Below, in pieces: positions 7,725 to 18,856 of a stretch of 64,000 nt of DNA (within the stretch, counting starts at the first letter, position 1; each line of letters opens with the position of its first letter). A program made the translations under genes and the position numbers. Source of the stretch: an uncultured bacterium (lineage in GTDB: Bacteria; Planctomycetota; UBA1135; GCA-002686595); NCBI GenBank assembly GCA_943787795.1, contig CALSNU010000003.1:64001-128000 (forward strand), written 5' to 3'. The notes beneath the pieces are model-generated. The model was not told the DNA's origin, did not search any database, and saw only the letters and a program-made list of their open reading frames with translations.

Positions 7725-10394
7725 CTAGCCGAGGGCCAGCTGCTTCCGAGCGTCGACCTCGTCGCGGTTCATCGCCTCGACGGCCTCGTCCAGGCGGTCG
7801 ACGATGTCCCAGTCCCGGTCGACCGAGCGACGGACGTTGCGCATGAGCTGGATGGCCATGCGGAAGACCCGGCAGACGTCGCCTGGGTTCACCTCGAGCT
7901 GCTCCTCGAGCTCATCCATGGAGAGCCCTCCGAACCAGCCCAGGGTCGCCGGGGTCAGGCCCCAGTCGGGCCGCTTCATGGGCGGCTCGATCCCGAACCG
8001 GGCCTCGGCCTGGCAGATCTCGCCGACCACCGAGTCGATGTGACGCCGGGTGCCGCCGAACATGGAGGCCGGGACCCATGGGCGCTGGGCGGCCCGTCGC
8101 TCCTCGTGGATCATGGCCACGAAGACCATGGCCAGGGCCTTGGGCGGGAGCGTCTCCAGCGTGCCCTTGAAGAGTAGCTCCGTCATCTGCAGCTCGTAGC
8201 CGCCCAGGCAGCGGGCGATCTCGCCCTTGCCCGTCACGGCCTGGTCCTTGATGTAGCCGAGCTCCTCGAGGAGGTCGAGGTGCCTGCCGATCAGGCGCAT
8301 CTGCTCCCGCCGCTGGCGCTCCCTCGCCTTGGTGTTCTTCTCACGGTTCTGGAAGGAGTGGAACGACTTCTCCCAGGCCTCGTGCACGCGGTCGCGGCCT
8401 ACCCGGGACACGAGGTGGAGCAGGGTGGAGTAGTTCATCCGGAAGCGGCTCATGACCGCCTCCGGGCGGCCGCCCACCCAGCGCTCGACCGGCGCGTCCT
8501 TGAGCTCCTGATCAGGGAGTAGCTGGAACACGAAGCCCTTGTCGTCGATGCCTTGCCGCCCCGCGCGGCCGGCCATCTGCATATAGTCGCGGGTCCGCAG
8601 CCAGTCGAAGGAGATCCCGTCGAACTTGCGCAGGCCAGCGAAGACCACGGCCCGCGCGGGCATGTTGATGCCCAGGGCGAAGGTCTCGGTCGTGAAGAGC
8701 ATCTTCAGGAGGCCGGCGGTGAACATGCGCTCGACGACCTCCTTGTAGATGGGGAGCATCCCGGCGTGGTGGTACGCCACGCCGGAGCGAGCCATACGGA
8801 ATACCTCTCCCTCGAGGTGTCCGCGGCCGAGGTCAAAGGACGTCAGCAGCTCCTCCTGGAGCTCGGCCATGCGCCTCGACTGCTCGGTGGTCAGCAGGTC
8901 ACGGTTCTCGTTCTTGCGCGCCAGGCGCTCGCAGTCCTTGCGCGAGAAGGAGAACACGAGGGCCGGCAGAAGCTCTCGATCCACCAGCTCGTCGAAGAGC
9001 GGGCGGGGATCGGGCGGTTCCGGGCGCCCGAAGCCGCGTCCACGGCCGCGCCCCCCGCGCCCGCGCCGTCGGCGACGGCGCGGAGCCTCCTTGGCCGCCG
9101 CGGTCTCGGCCCGCTTGCGCGCCCGCTTGATGCCCGATGGATCGAAGGTGCTCGCCTCTGGCGTGTGGACCCAGTGGGAGAGGGGCACCGGGCGGCGGTC
9201 GTCGATGATCACGTCGACGTCCTGGGGCCGGATCTCCTCCATCCACGCGCCGAGTTCCTCCACATTGGCGATCGTCGCGGAGAGGGCGATGATCCGCGCC
9301 TTGGGCGGCATGAAGATCAGGCTCTCCTCCCAGACCGTGCCCCGCTCTCGGTCATCGAGGTAGTGGACCTCGTCAAAGACCACGTAGGCGACGTCGTCCA
9401 GGAGCCGTGGGTTCTCGAAGATGGCGTTGCGCAGGATCTCCGTGGTCATGATGAGCACCCGCGCCGACTGGTGAATCGTCACGTCGCCGGTCATGAGCCC
9501 GACGTCGATCATCGGGTCATCGCGGAAGTCTCGGTACTTCTGGTTGGAGAGCGCCTTGATCGGGGCGGTGTAGATGCAGCGCTTGCCGGAGCGCACTGCG
9601 ACCTCGATGGCGTACTCCGCGACGAGCGTCTTCCCTGCGCCTGTGGGCGCGGAGACGAGGACGTTTCGACCCTCGCGGATCGCGTCCACGGCCTTCAGCT
9701 GGAAGTGAGAGAGCTTGAAGCCCTTCCAGCCGACGACCCTGCCGTCGGGGCCGAAGACCTCGGTGGGGGGCGGGAGCTCACCTGGGGTTGTGGGCCCAGA
9801 GGGACCGGCCCGTTCGGTGGAGATCCCTGACCCCGTGGCCGAGGGCGCGCTGGTGGGCTCGAGCGCTTGGCTGGGCGCTCCGCTGGGGACTCCGCTGGGC
9901 GCTCCGCTGGGGACCCCGCTGGGGGCGGCGGTTCGCTCGCCCCCGTCCTCGGACGGGCGACGCTCCCGGGCGCGGCCGTCCTCCTGGCGGTCACCGCGGG
10001 CTCGGCGCCGCGGCTTGCGGTCCGCCGATGCACGACCGCCCCGGTCTTCGCTGGCGGCATCGGACCCCACCGGCTCTTCACCGGTCGAGCCGACCCTCTC
10101 CTGAGCGTCTGCGGCGCGCGCCGGATCACCCTCCCTCTCGCGCCTCCGCGTGCGACCGCCCCTGCGTCGTCGCCGGCCACCGGACTCGCGTCGCGGCTCG
10201 CCCTCGGTGAGAGGCTCGGCGGTGGGCTCGGCGGTGGGCTCGGCGGGGGGCTCGGCGGTGGGCTCGGCGGGGGGCTCGCTGGCAGGCTCGGGAGCGACCT
10301 CTGCCTCGGGGTCAGGGCCGAGGTAGCCGAAGGGAAGCGCCCCGCCAGGGGGCCGGCCGCCCTCGTCCGGCGGAGTCTGGTCGTTGGATGACAT
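7725..10394 (-). CDS. Ski2/HelY-like DEAD/DEAH-box helicase with long disordered N-terminus
   Basis: APTGAGKT, YTAPIKALSNQKY, MTTEILRN, DEVHY, LSAT, HHAGMLP, TETFALGINMPA, QMAGRAGR; C-terminal PGD..R helical domain. Confidence 0.95.
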   Translation of the reverse strand: MSSNDQTPPDEGGRPPGGALPFGYLGPDPEAEVAPEPASEPPAEPTAEPPAEPTAEPTAEPLTEGEPRRESGGRRRRRGGRTRRREREGDPARAADAQERVGSTGEEPVGSDAASEDRGGRASADRKPRRRARGDRQEDGRARERRPSEDGGERTAAPSGVPSGAPSGVPSGAPSQALEPTSAPSATGSGISTERAGPSGPTTPGELPPPTEVFGPDGRVVGWKGFKLSHFQLKAVDAIREGRNVLVSAPTGAGKTLVAEYAIEVAVRSGKRCIYTAPIKALSNQKYRDFRDDPMIDVGLMTGDVTIHQSARVLIMTTEILRNAIFENPRLLDDVAYVVFDEVHYLDDRERGTVWEESLIFMPPKARIIALSATIANVEELGAWMEEIRPQDVDVIIDDRRPVPLSHWVHTPEASTFDPSGIKRARKRAETAAAKEAPRRRRRRGRGGRGRGRGFGRPEPPDPRPLFDELVDRELLPALVFSFSRKDCERLARKNENRDLLTTEQSRRMAELQEELLTSFDLGRGHLEGEVFRMARSGVAYHHAGMLPIYKEVVERMFTAGLLKMLFTTETFALGINMPARAVVFAGLRKFDGISFDWLRTRDYMQMAGRAGRQGIDDKGFVFQLLPDQELKDAPVERWVGGRPEAVMSRFRMNYSTLLHLVSRVGRDRVHEAWEKSFHSFQNREKNTKARERQRREQMRLIGRHLDLLEELGYIKDQAVTGKGEIARCLGGYELQMTELLFKGTLETLPPKALAMVFVAMIHEERRAAQRPWVPASMFGGTRRHIDSVVGEICQAEARFGIEPPMKRPDWGLTPATLGWFGGLSMDELEEQLEVNPGDVCRVFRMAIQLMRNVRRSVDRDWDIVDRLDEAVEAMNRDEVDARKQLALG

Positions 10395-10509
10395 CGTTGA
10401 ATGGAATGTGCCGCTCGGCTCCTCCGGTCGCCACCTTCGAGTCCCCGAACCCTCATGGTCCTTCCCATTCCACTCCCAGGAGTCCGTCGGCCCCGGGGGG
10501 AGCCAGGCT

Positions 10510-10576
10510 CAGAGTCGAGCGGGCCCCAGAGGCGAGCGGGCCCCAGAGTCGAGCGAGCCCCAGAGTCGAGCGAGCC
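10510..10576. repeat. 17-bp tandem repeat (4 copies)
   Basis: CAGAG(T/G)CGAGCG(G/A)GCCC at 10510, 10527, 10544, 10561. Confidence 0.85.
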
Positions 10577-10720
10577 AGGGCTAAGGGACCCCGGGACTGG
10601 AGGGGACAGGGCGGAGGATGAGCAGAAGGCGGGGCTGGTAGGGGGGGCCGACGAGCACGGTTTCTGATCCAGGGAAGGCGCCAAACACCCGGCCACCCCG
10701 CGGCCCGGCGCATCCGCGAT

Positions 10721-10768
10721 CCCAGCGACCCAGCGACCCAGCGACCCCGCGACCCCGCGACCCCGCGA
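10721..10768. repeat. 8-bp tandem repeat (6 copies)
   Basis: CCCAGCGA x3 then CCCCGCGA x3. Confidence 0.85.
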
Positions 10769-10925
10769 GCGCAGCAACGAGGGCCGGGAAGCGTCATGAA
10801 GACGGAGCGGCGAACGCCGGTCAATGGCCGGGCGGCGCGCTGCGGTCGCCTGGGCGCCGCGGCCTGCCTGGATCAGGCGTCGGGCACCAACTGCAGGGCT
10901 CGACGGCCGCGAAGCGTCGGAGGGA

Positions 10926-11567
10926 TCACTCGGCCTTCAGGTGGCCCGTGCGGACGAAGATGAGGGTCTCTTCCTCCACGTAGGGGTGGTGCACCGAGAG
11001 GTGAGGGCTCCGCAGCCAGGTACCCGCGGGGTAGCTGCCGTGCTCGTCCTGAAACGTGCCAGAGAGCACCAGGATCTCCTCGCCACCGAAGTGCTGGTGC
11101 CGCACGAACCGCTCATTGCTGGGCCAGCGGACCAGGGCTGCGCCGTGTCGCGGGTCGTCGGCCAGCGGCTTGACCTGGAGGCCCCCGTGGCCGGGAAGCC
11201 ACGGGTGACCCGCCGAGGCCACGTGCAATGGGGGGAGGTCGGCGCCAGGGGTGCCGGCGGGGTAGCTCTTGACGAACAGCGTGCAGCCCTCGGCGCTGGT
11301 GGTGATCTCACCGGAGCTCGACGGGAGGCGGCCGTACTCCTGGCAGGAGAGCTCGCCGCGCGCGGTGGACCAGGTCCCCTCCAGCACCAGCACCGCGACG
11401 CCGTCGAGCGGGGCCCATCGGGTACCCGCCGCCAGCCGCACCCTCGCGGTGCGAGCGGAGTCCTGAGCGTCCGGGGGCGCGAGCAGTTGTTCCTCGACGC
11501 CGGGCGCGCCCTCCGGTGCCCAGGGGAGCTCTCTTGTGTCCTGCCGAAGGTGTTCGAGCTGGGTCAT
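10926..11567 (-). CDS. ChrR-like tandem cupin protein
   Basis: Second cupin H.H.GGEEILVLSGTF.DE.GSYPAGTWLR.P..S.H.P...LIFV.TGHL; first cupin degenerate. Confidence 0.88.
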   Translation of the reverse strand: MTQLEHLRQDTRELPWAPEGAPGVEEQLLAPPDAQDSARTARVRLAAGTRWAPLDGVAVLVLEGTWSTARGELSCQEYGRLPSSSGEITTSAEGCTLFVKSYPAGTPGADLPPLHVASAGHPWLPGHGGLQVKPLADDPRHGAALVRWPSNERFVRHQHFGGEEILVLSGTFQDEHGSYPAGTWLRSPHLSVHHPYVEEETLIFVRTGHLKAE

Positions 11568-11732
11568 TGGGCGAGCATCCTAGGGCATCTCGCCGGCCCT
11601 CTGGGCGCATCCACCGGTCCCGTGCACGCCGCGAGGTGCTCTGCACCGCACCCCGCGCGGAGGTCCGCGATCTGCCGCCCGCGATGCGAGGGTTTCAGCC
11701 TCGCGGGGGCGGTGGTCGATAGGCCTGGAACG

Positions 11733-13112
<1,380 letters not shown>

Positions 13113-13688
13113 GCGGCCGGGGGCCAGGCCTGCGCGGGCCGACCTGGGGGGCGGAAGGCGCCGGCCTGAGAGGGGCTCGCCTGATCGCAAGCCGTGCGCT
13201 GGGTGTCCACCCTGACCGAGGTCCAGCGTCCGTGGCCAGGCCATGCACTCGGTCCCCTGCGACTGGCCCGCGGCGAAGGTCGAGAGGCGTGAGCCGCGGC
13301 CCCCTCGACCCGCGATCCGTGCGCGGCTAGCGGGGCCGCGACGGTCGGGGATCGGCGGCCGCCGCCGCGGACCGGCGCTGGGACCGTTCACGAAGAGGCG
13401 GGGGCAGGGGTAGAACAATGCCAGCGGCCAACGGCGAGTGAGCCGGCGTCCGGCGATGGGGGACGCCTGTCGGCGCGCCGCGGATCTTGGCCTGCGGCAA
13501 TCGGCCGCACCCTCGCGGCGCAGGCGTCGCCTGTCGGGGAAGCGGCGCTGGTCCCAGGCTGGCGCCTCCGGCGCTGCAATCCGATTTGCTCGACCCGTCG
13601 CCTCTGCCTGACGCTTAGCTTCCAACGCGCAGCGCGATCCGGCACGCCGTCGGCACCCATCACCGCGCCCAACCATCCTCAAGTCCCG

Positions 13689-13779
13689 GGGCCTGACCAC
13701 CACGCGGCCTTGACCAACTCATGGCCTTGATCAACCTACGGGTCATGGCCTTGATCAACCTACGGGCCTGACCACCATG
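13689..13779 (+). repeat. Duplicated 24-bp unit and duplicated start-context motif upstream of secreted protein gene
   Basis: TCATGGCCTTGATCAACCTACGGG at 13719 and 13743; GGGCCTGACCACCA at 13689 and 13764. Confidence 0.85.
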
Positions 13780-14760
13780 AAGCTCTCTGCTCCCACGCTC
13801 CTCGCCGTCCCTGTCGCCCTGTCCCTCGGCGTGGCGACGGCTGCGCCCCAGACCGACCTGACGACCAACGGTGGCTTCGAGACCGGCGACACCAGCTCGT
13901 GGGTGTCCTTCCCCACTCCCAACTCCACCTTCGCCGCCACGACGGATGCCAGCAGCGGCAGCTTCGGAGGGGAGGTCTTCAACCCCGACCAGACCACCGC
14001 GGCCGTCATCAAGCAGGCGAACCTCGGGGGTGGCGTGGTGAGCCCGGGGGACGTGATCACGATCAGCTTCTCGGCCAAGGGCACCTTCGCCAACGGCGGC
14101 GTGGCGTTCGCGGAGTTCTTCTCCGAGATCAACGGCGGCGGCGTCTCGTCGGCTGAGATCCTCACCGGTGGACCCCTGAACCTGACCAGCTCCTGGCAGC
14201 CGTTCGTCTTCACCGCGGTGGCGGGGTCGGATGTCAGCGGCGGCGTGACGCTGCAGTTCGCGGTGGTCAACGGCGCGAACAGCGGAAGCCTGGCCCAGTT
14301 CTTCGTGGACGAGGTCTCCGTGACGCTCCCGGGGCTCGGCGCCAACTACTGCGGCGCCAACCAGAACAGCCTCGGCCTCGAGGCCTCGATCAGCGCCCAG
14401 GGCAGCGCCGTCGCGTCGGATAACAACCTGACCCTGGTGGCGAGCAGCCTGGCGCCCGGATCATTCGGGTTCTTCCTCACCAGCCAGACCACCGGGCTCG
14501 CCTCGAACCCCGGCGGGAGCCAGGGCAACCTCTGCCTTGGCGGCTCGATCGGGCGCTATGTGGGCCCCGGGCAGATCCAGCAGGCGGACTCCGTCGGGGA
14601 GATCGCTCTCCCCCTCGACCTGACGGCGATTCCCCAGCCGACTGGATTCGCGTCGGCGGCGGCAGGAGACACCTGGAGCTTCCAGGCCTGGTATCGAGAC
14701 TCGGTCGCCGGGCAGCCGACGTCCAACTTCACCGATGGATTGACGGTCGACTTCCAGTGA
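13777..14760 (+). CDS. Secreted protein: carbohydrate-binding-like (NGGFE) domain plus conserved C-terminal 141-aa domain
   Basis: Signal peptide; LTTNGGFETGD..SW start typical of galactose-binding-like/CBM4_9 folds, ending FVDEVSV; C-terminal domain homologous to that of 2820-4016. Confidence 0.85.
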   Translation: MKLSAPTLLAVPVALSLGVATAAPQTDLTTNGGFETGDTSSWVSFPTPNSTFAATTDASSGSFGGEVFNPDQTTAAVIKQANLGGGVVSPGDVITISFSAKGTFANGGVAFAEFFSEINGGGVSSAEILTGGPLNLTSSWQPFVFTAVAGSDVSGGVTLQFAVVNGANSGSLAQFFVDEVSVTLPGLGANYCGANQNSLGLEASISAQGSAVASDNNLTLVASSLAPGSFGFFLTSQTTGLASNPGGSQGNLCLGGSIGRYVGPGQIQQADSVGEIALPLDLTAIPQPTGFASAAAGDTWSFQAWYRDSVAGQPTSNFTDGLTVDFQ

Positions 14761-15009
14761 TCCCATGCCTCCCCTCTATCCGGCATCGCGGACAGGGGGA
14801 GCAGGGGGCCCGCCGACCACGGCGCCGTTGACCGGCGGGGCAGGTCTTGGTGCGGCGTGAGCGGCTTCAGGTCCGGCCTCCCGAGTTCCCGGCCTCCCGG
14901 GCCCTCGGGCCCTCGGGCACCTCGGCTACCGAGCACCCGGGGACCTCGGCTCCAGGCCGCTCGAGCGGGGGGGCCCGGCTCGCCGGTTCAATCCAGGGCG
15001 TCGCGGCGA

Positions 15010-15079
15010 TGGGACCCCGAGAGTGGGACCCCGAGAGTGGGACCCCGAGAGTGGGACCCCGAAAGTGGGACCCCGGAAG
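15010..15079. repeat. 14-bp tandem repeat (5 copies)
   Basis: TGGGACCCCGAGAG units. Confidence 0.9.
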
Positions 15080-15201
15080 GAAGTCCGCTCGGGCGAGCGA
15101 TCCCGGACCCCTCCAGTCGTCCCGCGCTCCGGTCGGCGCACGCTCTGACGCCAGGAAGGGCCCGGCCGGTGTCCCGATGCCGATGCGGCCAGGCCCGGAG
15201 T

Positions 15202-15279
15202 GGCCGACCCGGTAGGCCAACTCGGTAGGCCAACTCGGTAGGCCAACTCGGTAGGCCAACCCGGTAGGCCAACCCGGTG
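15202..15279. repeat. 13-bp tandem repeat (6 copies)
   Basis: GGCCAAC(T/C)CGGTA units. Confidence 0.9.
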
Positions 15280-15296
15280 GCCGCGCTGGTGGGGGC

Positions 15297-15368
15297 CAGC
15301 AGTGGAGTCAGCAGTGGAGTCGGCAGTGGAGTCAGCAGTGAGGTCAGCGGTAAGGCCAGCAGTGGGGC
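15297..15368. repeat. 12-bp degenerate tandem repeat (6 copies)
   Basis: CAGCAGTGGAGT consensus. Confidence 0.8.
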
Positions 15369-15519
15369 CCGCACGGGCGGCCCTCGCGGCCGGAATCGTC
15401 GGCGGAAGCCGGCCGGTGGCGGGCTCTCCGATCGGACTTCCTTCGCAAGCTCAGGCCTCGGCCTTGTTCCGGCCCCGGGCATGGGATAGACCAGGGGTCC
15501 GCACGCCCCCGGAGGGACC

Positions 15520-15825
15520 ATGAATTCACAGCACAAACACGGAACTCACCTCGAGCGCCACCTGGCGCAACTCAAGCTCGTCTCGCGCCTCCTCGGCCAC
15601 GAGCTTCACTCCCAGGGCGGCGCCAAGGCCGTCGCGCTCTCTCGGGAGCAGGTGGTGGAGATGCAGGTCGCCCTCGACCTCTTCATCGAGGAAGCCACCA
15701 AGCGGATGGGCGGCCGCTCTGGCGGGAACTTCGGCCCGCAGGCCGTCTCCGAGGGGACGAGCGCCGTTCCGATCGAGGTCCCCGGGGCCGCGATCGACAC
15801 TCAGCTCGCCCCGACGCGGAACTGA
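15520..15825 (+). CDS. Small hypothetical helical protein
   Basis: GGAGGGA RBS-like motif before ATG; GC3-rich codon usage. Confidence 0.7.
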   Translation: MNSQHKHGTHLERHLAQLKLVSRLLGHELHSQGGAKAVALSREQVVEMQVALDLFIEEATKRMGGRSGGNFGPQAVSEGTSAVPIEVPGAAIDTQLAPTRN

Positions 15826-15879
15826 GCGGGGACCGAGCACGGCGCGGGCGACCGGAGCCGCGCTCGTCCCCCGGGACCG

Positions 15880-16881
15880 TTGATCGATCACTCGCCGCTT
15901 CGGAACACGCACGCATCGCGCCCGGCCGGGGGCGAGGGGGTGACGTGGAGTTCCGAGGCCGGACGAGTCCCCGCGTGGGTGCCCCTCGCGCTGCTCTTCC
16001 TGTCGCTGATCTTCGGCCTCCGGTGGCTTGAGGCGGACGCCCGCGATCGCGGGCTGGCCCGCATCGACGTCACCCGCTACGGCCTCAAGACCGACGCGCC
16101 CTGGCTCAACGACGAGTGGTACGAGGCCCTGGAGCAGCTCTTGCTCGAGGCCGAGTCCGTGGACGCGGATGATCAGGAGGCCATCGCCGAGCTCGCCTCC
16201 CAGGTGGAGGCGCTGCCCTTCATCGAGGCCGTGGGCCCGCCGAGCGTCCGCTGGCCCGACGGGCTGAACCTGCCCGTTCGGCTCCGGGAGCCCGTGGCCT
16301 GCGTTCGCGTGGGGGGGCGAGACTTCCTGCCCGTCTCGAGCGACGGGACCGTCCTCGGTGGGTACTCGATCACGCCGCACCTGGCCTACGGCGGCTGGTT
16401 GCCTGCCCTGGGCCCCCTCGACCTCCTCGATCGCGAGCAGGGGCAGGTTCGCCCTGGCGACAAGCTCAGCGTCCCCGAGCTCCTCGCGGCGCTCGACGTC
16501 GCGGACTCCATGTGGAGGCACCTGGGGCCCGACGATCTTCGAGAGCTGGGGAGGGTCGTGATCGACGCCTCGGCCGCCGATGCGCCCATCTTCGACCGGG
16601 AGGGAGGATCCGTGTCACCCCGGCGGCTCCCTGGCGGGGTGGTGATCGAATTGGAGGAGGGGCGGCGCGTGTTCTTCGGGCGCCCGCCGCATCCGCTTCA
16701 CGAGGGCGAGCTGCCGGTGAACTTCAAGTGGGGCCACCTGCGCTTGGCGCTCGGCCGAGGGCTGGAGGGCGACGATTGGCGGCTGCTCGACGCGCGCTTC
16801 GACCGTCCGGTGCTCCTCTCCGAGGCCGACGTGCTCGACTTCAAGGCTCGTTGGGAAGGAAGCCCGGAAGGGGGCCGTTGA
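15880..16881 (+). CDS. FtsQ/DivIB-like bitopic membrane protein
   Basis: One N-terminal TM helix; LPFIEAV...VRWPDGL.L.V.LREPVA.V......V..DG.VL and terminal LDARF..PV resemble FtsQ POTRA and beta-domain signatures; start uncertain. Confidence 0.65.
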   Translation: MIDHSPLRNTHASRPAGGEGVTWSSEAGRVPAWVPLALLFLSLIFGLRWLEADARDRGLARIDVTRYGLKTDAPWLNDEWYEALEQLLLEAESVDADDQEAIAELASQVEALPFIEAVGPPSVRWPDGLNLPVRLREPVACVRVGGRDFLPVSSDGTVLGGYSITPHLAYGGWLPALGPLDLLDREQGQVRPGDKLSVPELLAALDVADSMWRHLGPDDLRELGRVVIDASAADAPIFDREGGSVSPRRLPGGVVIELEEGRRVFFGRPPHPLHEGELPVNFKWGHLRLALGRGLEGDDWRLLDARFDRPVLLSEADVLDFKARWEGSPEGGR

Positions 16882-18632
16882 GCCCGCGGGGAGGGCCAGG
16901 GGCCGCGCCAGAGGCAGGGGCCGCGCACGCTGGCGCGGGAGGGTTCATTCTCCGCGCTCTCCTGTTCGGGGTGATCGCCACGGTCGTGCTCACGGCCCCG
17001 GAGGCCCTCGGGCTTGACCTGGCTCCCTGGCGGGGGATCGACGGCGCTCTCGTGCTGCTGTTGCTGGCGGGTGTCGGCTGCTTCGGATGGCCGCCAACGG
17101 CCCGAACCACCCTCGCCCGGAGCGGGCTCGATCTCACGGTGGCGGCCGCCTCGGTGGGGCTTTTCGCTGTCCTCGCGGCGTCCGCCGCTGGCGTCGGCTT
17201 GGCGGGAGGCCCCGGGCCCCCCGCAGCCTCTGTCGCAAGCGGAGCAAGCGGCGTGTCTGGCGCCGGGGGAGCGTTGGCACTGGGCGGGGCCGCGGCCGCG
17301 CTCGTGCTCGCCGGGAGGCTCGGGGGGTGGCCCGGAGCCGCGGCCGCCGTGGCGTTTGCCGCGCTGGTGGGCTCGCTCGGAGCCGGAGGGGCTGAGCCCC
17401 AACCGCTGGCCCACGGCCCGGCGTTGGAGCTGCTGCCCGTGACCCTTGAGTTGGAGGGGCCGCTGGATTCAGGGGAGGTGCGCATCGGCGATGCTCCCCC
17501 GATGGAGATCCGCGCAGCGCTCGGTCAGGGGGCCACGCGTCGTCTGTTGGCCTGGCTTCCAGCCCCCGTTGACAGGGCCCCGGGGCCCGTCGCCCTGGAG
17601 GTGGGCGGGGTCCTGCCGCCGGGACCGGGGTCGCGCGTCCGCGCCGAGGTGGTTCCCCCGTGGTCGCCGCCCCCCTCGCTCGCCGCCCGCCCGCGGCCGC
17701 CCGTGCCCCGCGAATGGCGCCGCGCGCCGCCGACGTCTGGGCTCCTGGTGGCCTGGGGCGGCCTCTTCTGCCTCCTCGGCGCCTGGGCGCGGCTCCGTGC
17801 GCGCAGGCCCCGGTCGGGCGCCATCACCGGGTCGGTGCTCGGGTGCCTCCTGACCCTTGGCCTCGCGGGGCTCTCGTTTCCGCTCGACGGGGGCAGGAGG
17901 CCAGCGATCCTGGGTGGCGGTGCGCCGGGGGCACCCTGCGTCCGAGTCCTCGAGGGGGCCGCCGGGAGTGATGCCTGGCTACAGATCGACCGCGTGAGGC
18001 GGCGACTTGTGATCGAGGGGCTGGACTCGCTTCGGGCCGCGATTCAGCTGTGGGGCAGCGGACTTCGGCGATGCTCACTCGACGCGACGGTTCCCGGCGG
18101 CCGGCTCGAGCTGGTCCTCGATGAGGGGGTCATCGCGGATCTGTTGCGGCCCCTCGACCCGGGGCTGAGGGTGCTGAGGCCCGAGCTCAACGGCTGGGGC
18201 GACATGGACCCTGCGTGGATCCGCGAGGAGCCTCTCGGGTGGCGAGCCCTGAGCTCCCGGGGTCCGTGGGGCGTCGGGGATGGCGGGGCTCCCGCGCCTC
18301 CTGCCGGCGGAGCGGATCGGCTCTCCTCGCCGGCTGCGGGGCCTGGAGGGCGGTCGGCGGGCCTCCCCGCTTGGGCCCACGGAGGGCCCGGTGGGGGGCC
18401 CGGTGGGGGGCCCGGTGGAGGGCCCGCTGGAGGGCCTGTCCGAGGGCCTGATGGGGGAATGGGAGGTGCCGACTGGGTGATCCTGGGGCGGCTGTCAGGC
18501 GAGGGCTATCGGGGCCTGGAGGGGCCCGGGACGGGCCACCCTGGGGGGAGTGCGGGCCCGGAGGACCCCGGTGAGCGGGGCGCCGAGGTCTGGCTCCGGC
18601 TCACCGGAGGGGCTCCATCGACGGGCCGATGA
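16878..18632 (+). CDS. Hypothetical Gly/Ala/Pro-rich membrane protein
   Basis: TTG start overlapping upstream TGA (TTGA); several hydrophobic segments; GGPG repeat near C-terminus. Confidence 0.6.
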   Translation: MSPRGGPGAAPEAGAAHAGAGGFILRALLFGVIATVVLTAPEALGLDLAPWRGIDGALVLLLLAGVGCFGWPPTARTTLARSGLDLTVAAASVGLFAVLAASAAGVGLAGGPGPPAASVASGASGVSGAGGALALGGAAAALVLAGRLGGWPGAAAAVAFAALVGSLGAGGAEPQPLAHGPALELLPVTLELEGPLDSGEVRIGDAPPMEIRAALGQGATRRLLAWLPAPVDRAPGPVALEVGGVLPPGPGSRVRAEVVPPWSPPPSLAARPRPPVPREWRRAPPTSGLLVAWGGLFCLLGAWARLRARRPRSGAITGSVLGCLLTLGLAGLSFPLDGGRRPAILGGGAPGAPCVRVLEGAAGSDAWLQIDRVRRRLVIEGLDSLRAAIQLWGSGLRRCSLDATVPGGRLELVLDEGVIADLLRPLDPGLRVLRPELNGWGDMDPAWIREEPLGWRALSSRGPWGVGDGGAPAPPAGGADRLSSPAAGPGGRSAGLPAWAHGGPGGGPGGGPGGGPAGGPVRGPDGGMGGADWVILGRLSGEGYRGLEGPGTGHPGGSAGPEDPGERGAEVWLRLTGGAPSTGR

Positions 18633-18856
18633 CCCGGTTCAGGCCCGAAGGCCCGTGGAGGAATCGCCCCTCGACCGTTGCGGCGGAGTGGCCGGGCCTC
18701 TAATCTTCTCGCCCTCGCGCTGCGCCGAGACCTCTGTCCCGGCGTCGTGCTACGCGTCTGGCGGCCCCCGCCAGCGCCGTCCAAAGAGGACGGCTGCCCT
18801 CCGGTAGTCGCCTCTCCAGGGCCCCCCGCGCCGCTCACGATGCGGCCACGCGACCC

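Noticed and set aside
10824..11732. N-terminal 300 aa of the 762-aa ORF
   Set aside because: Overlaps the well-supported cupin gene on the opposite strand.
15010..15368. CRISPR-like arrays
   Set aside because: Units of 12-14 bp, no unique spacers.
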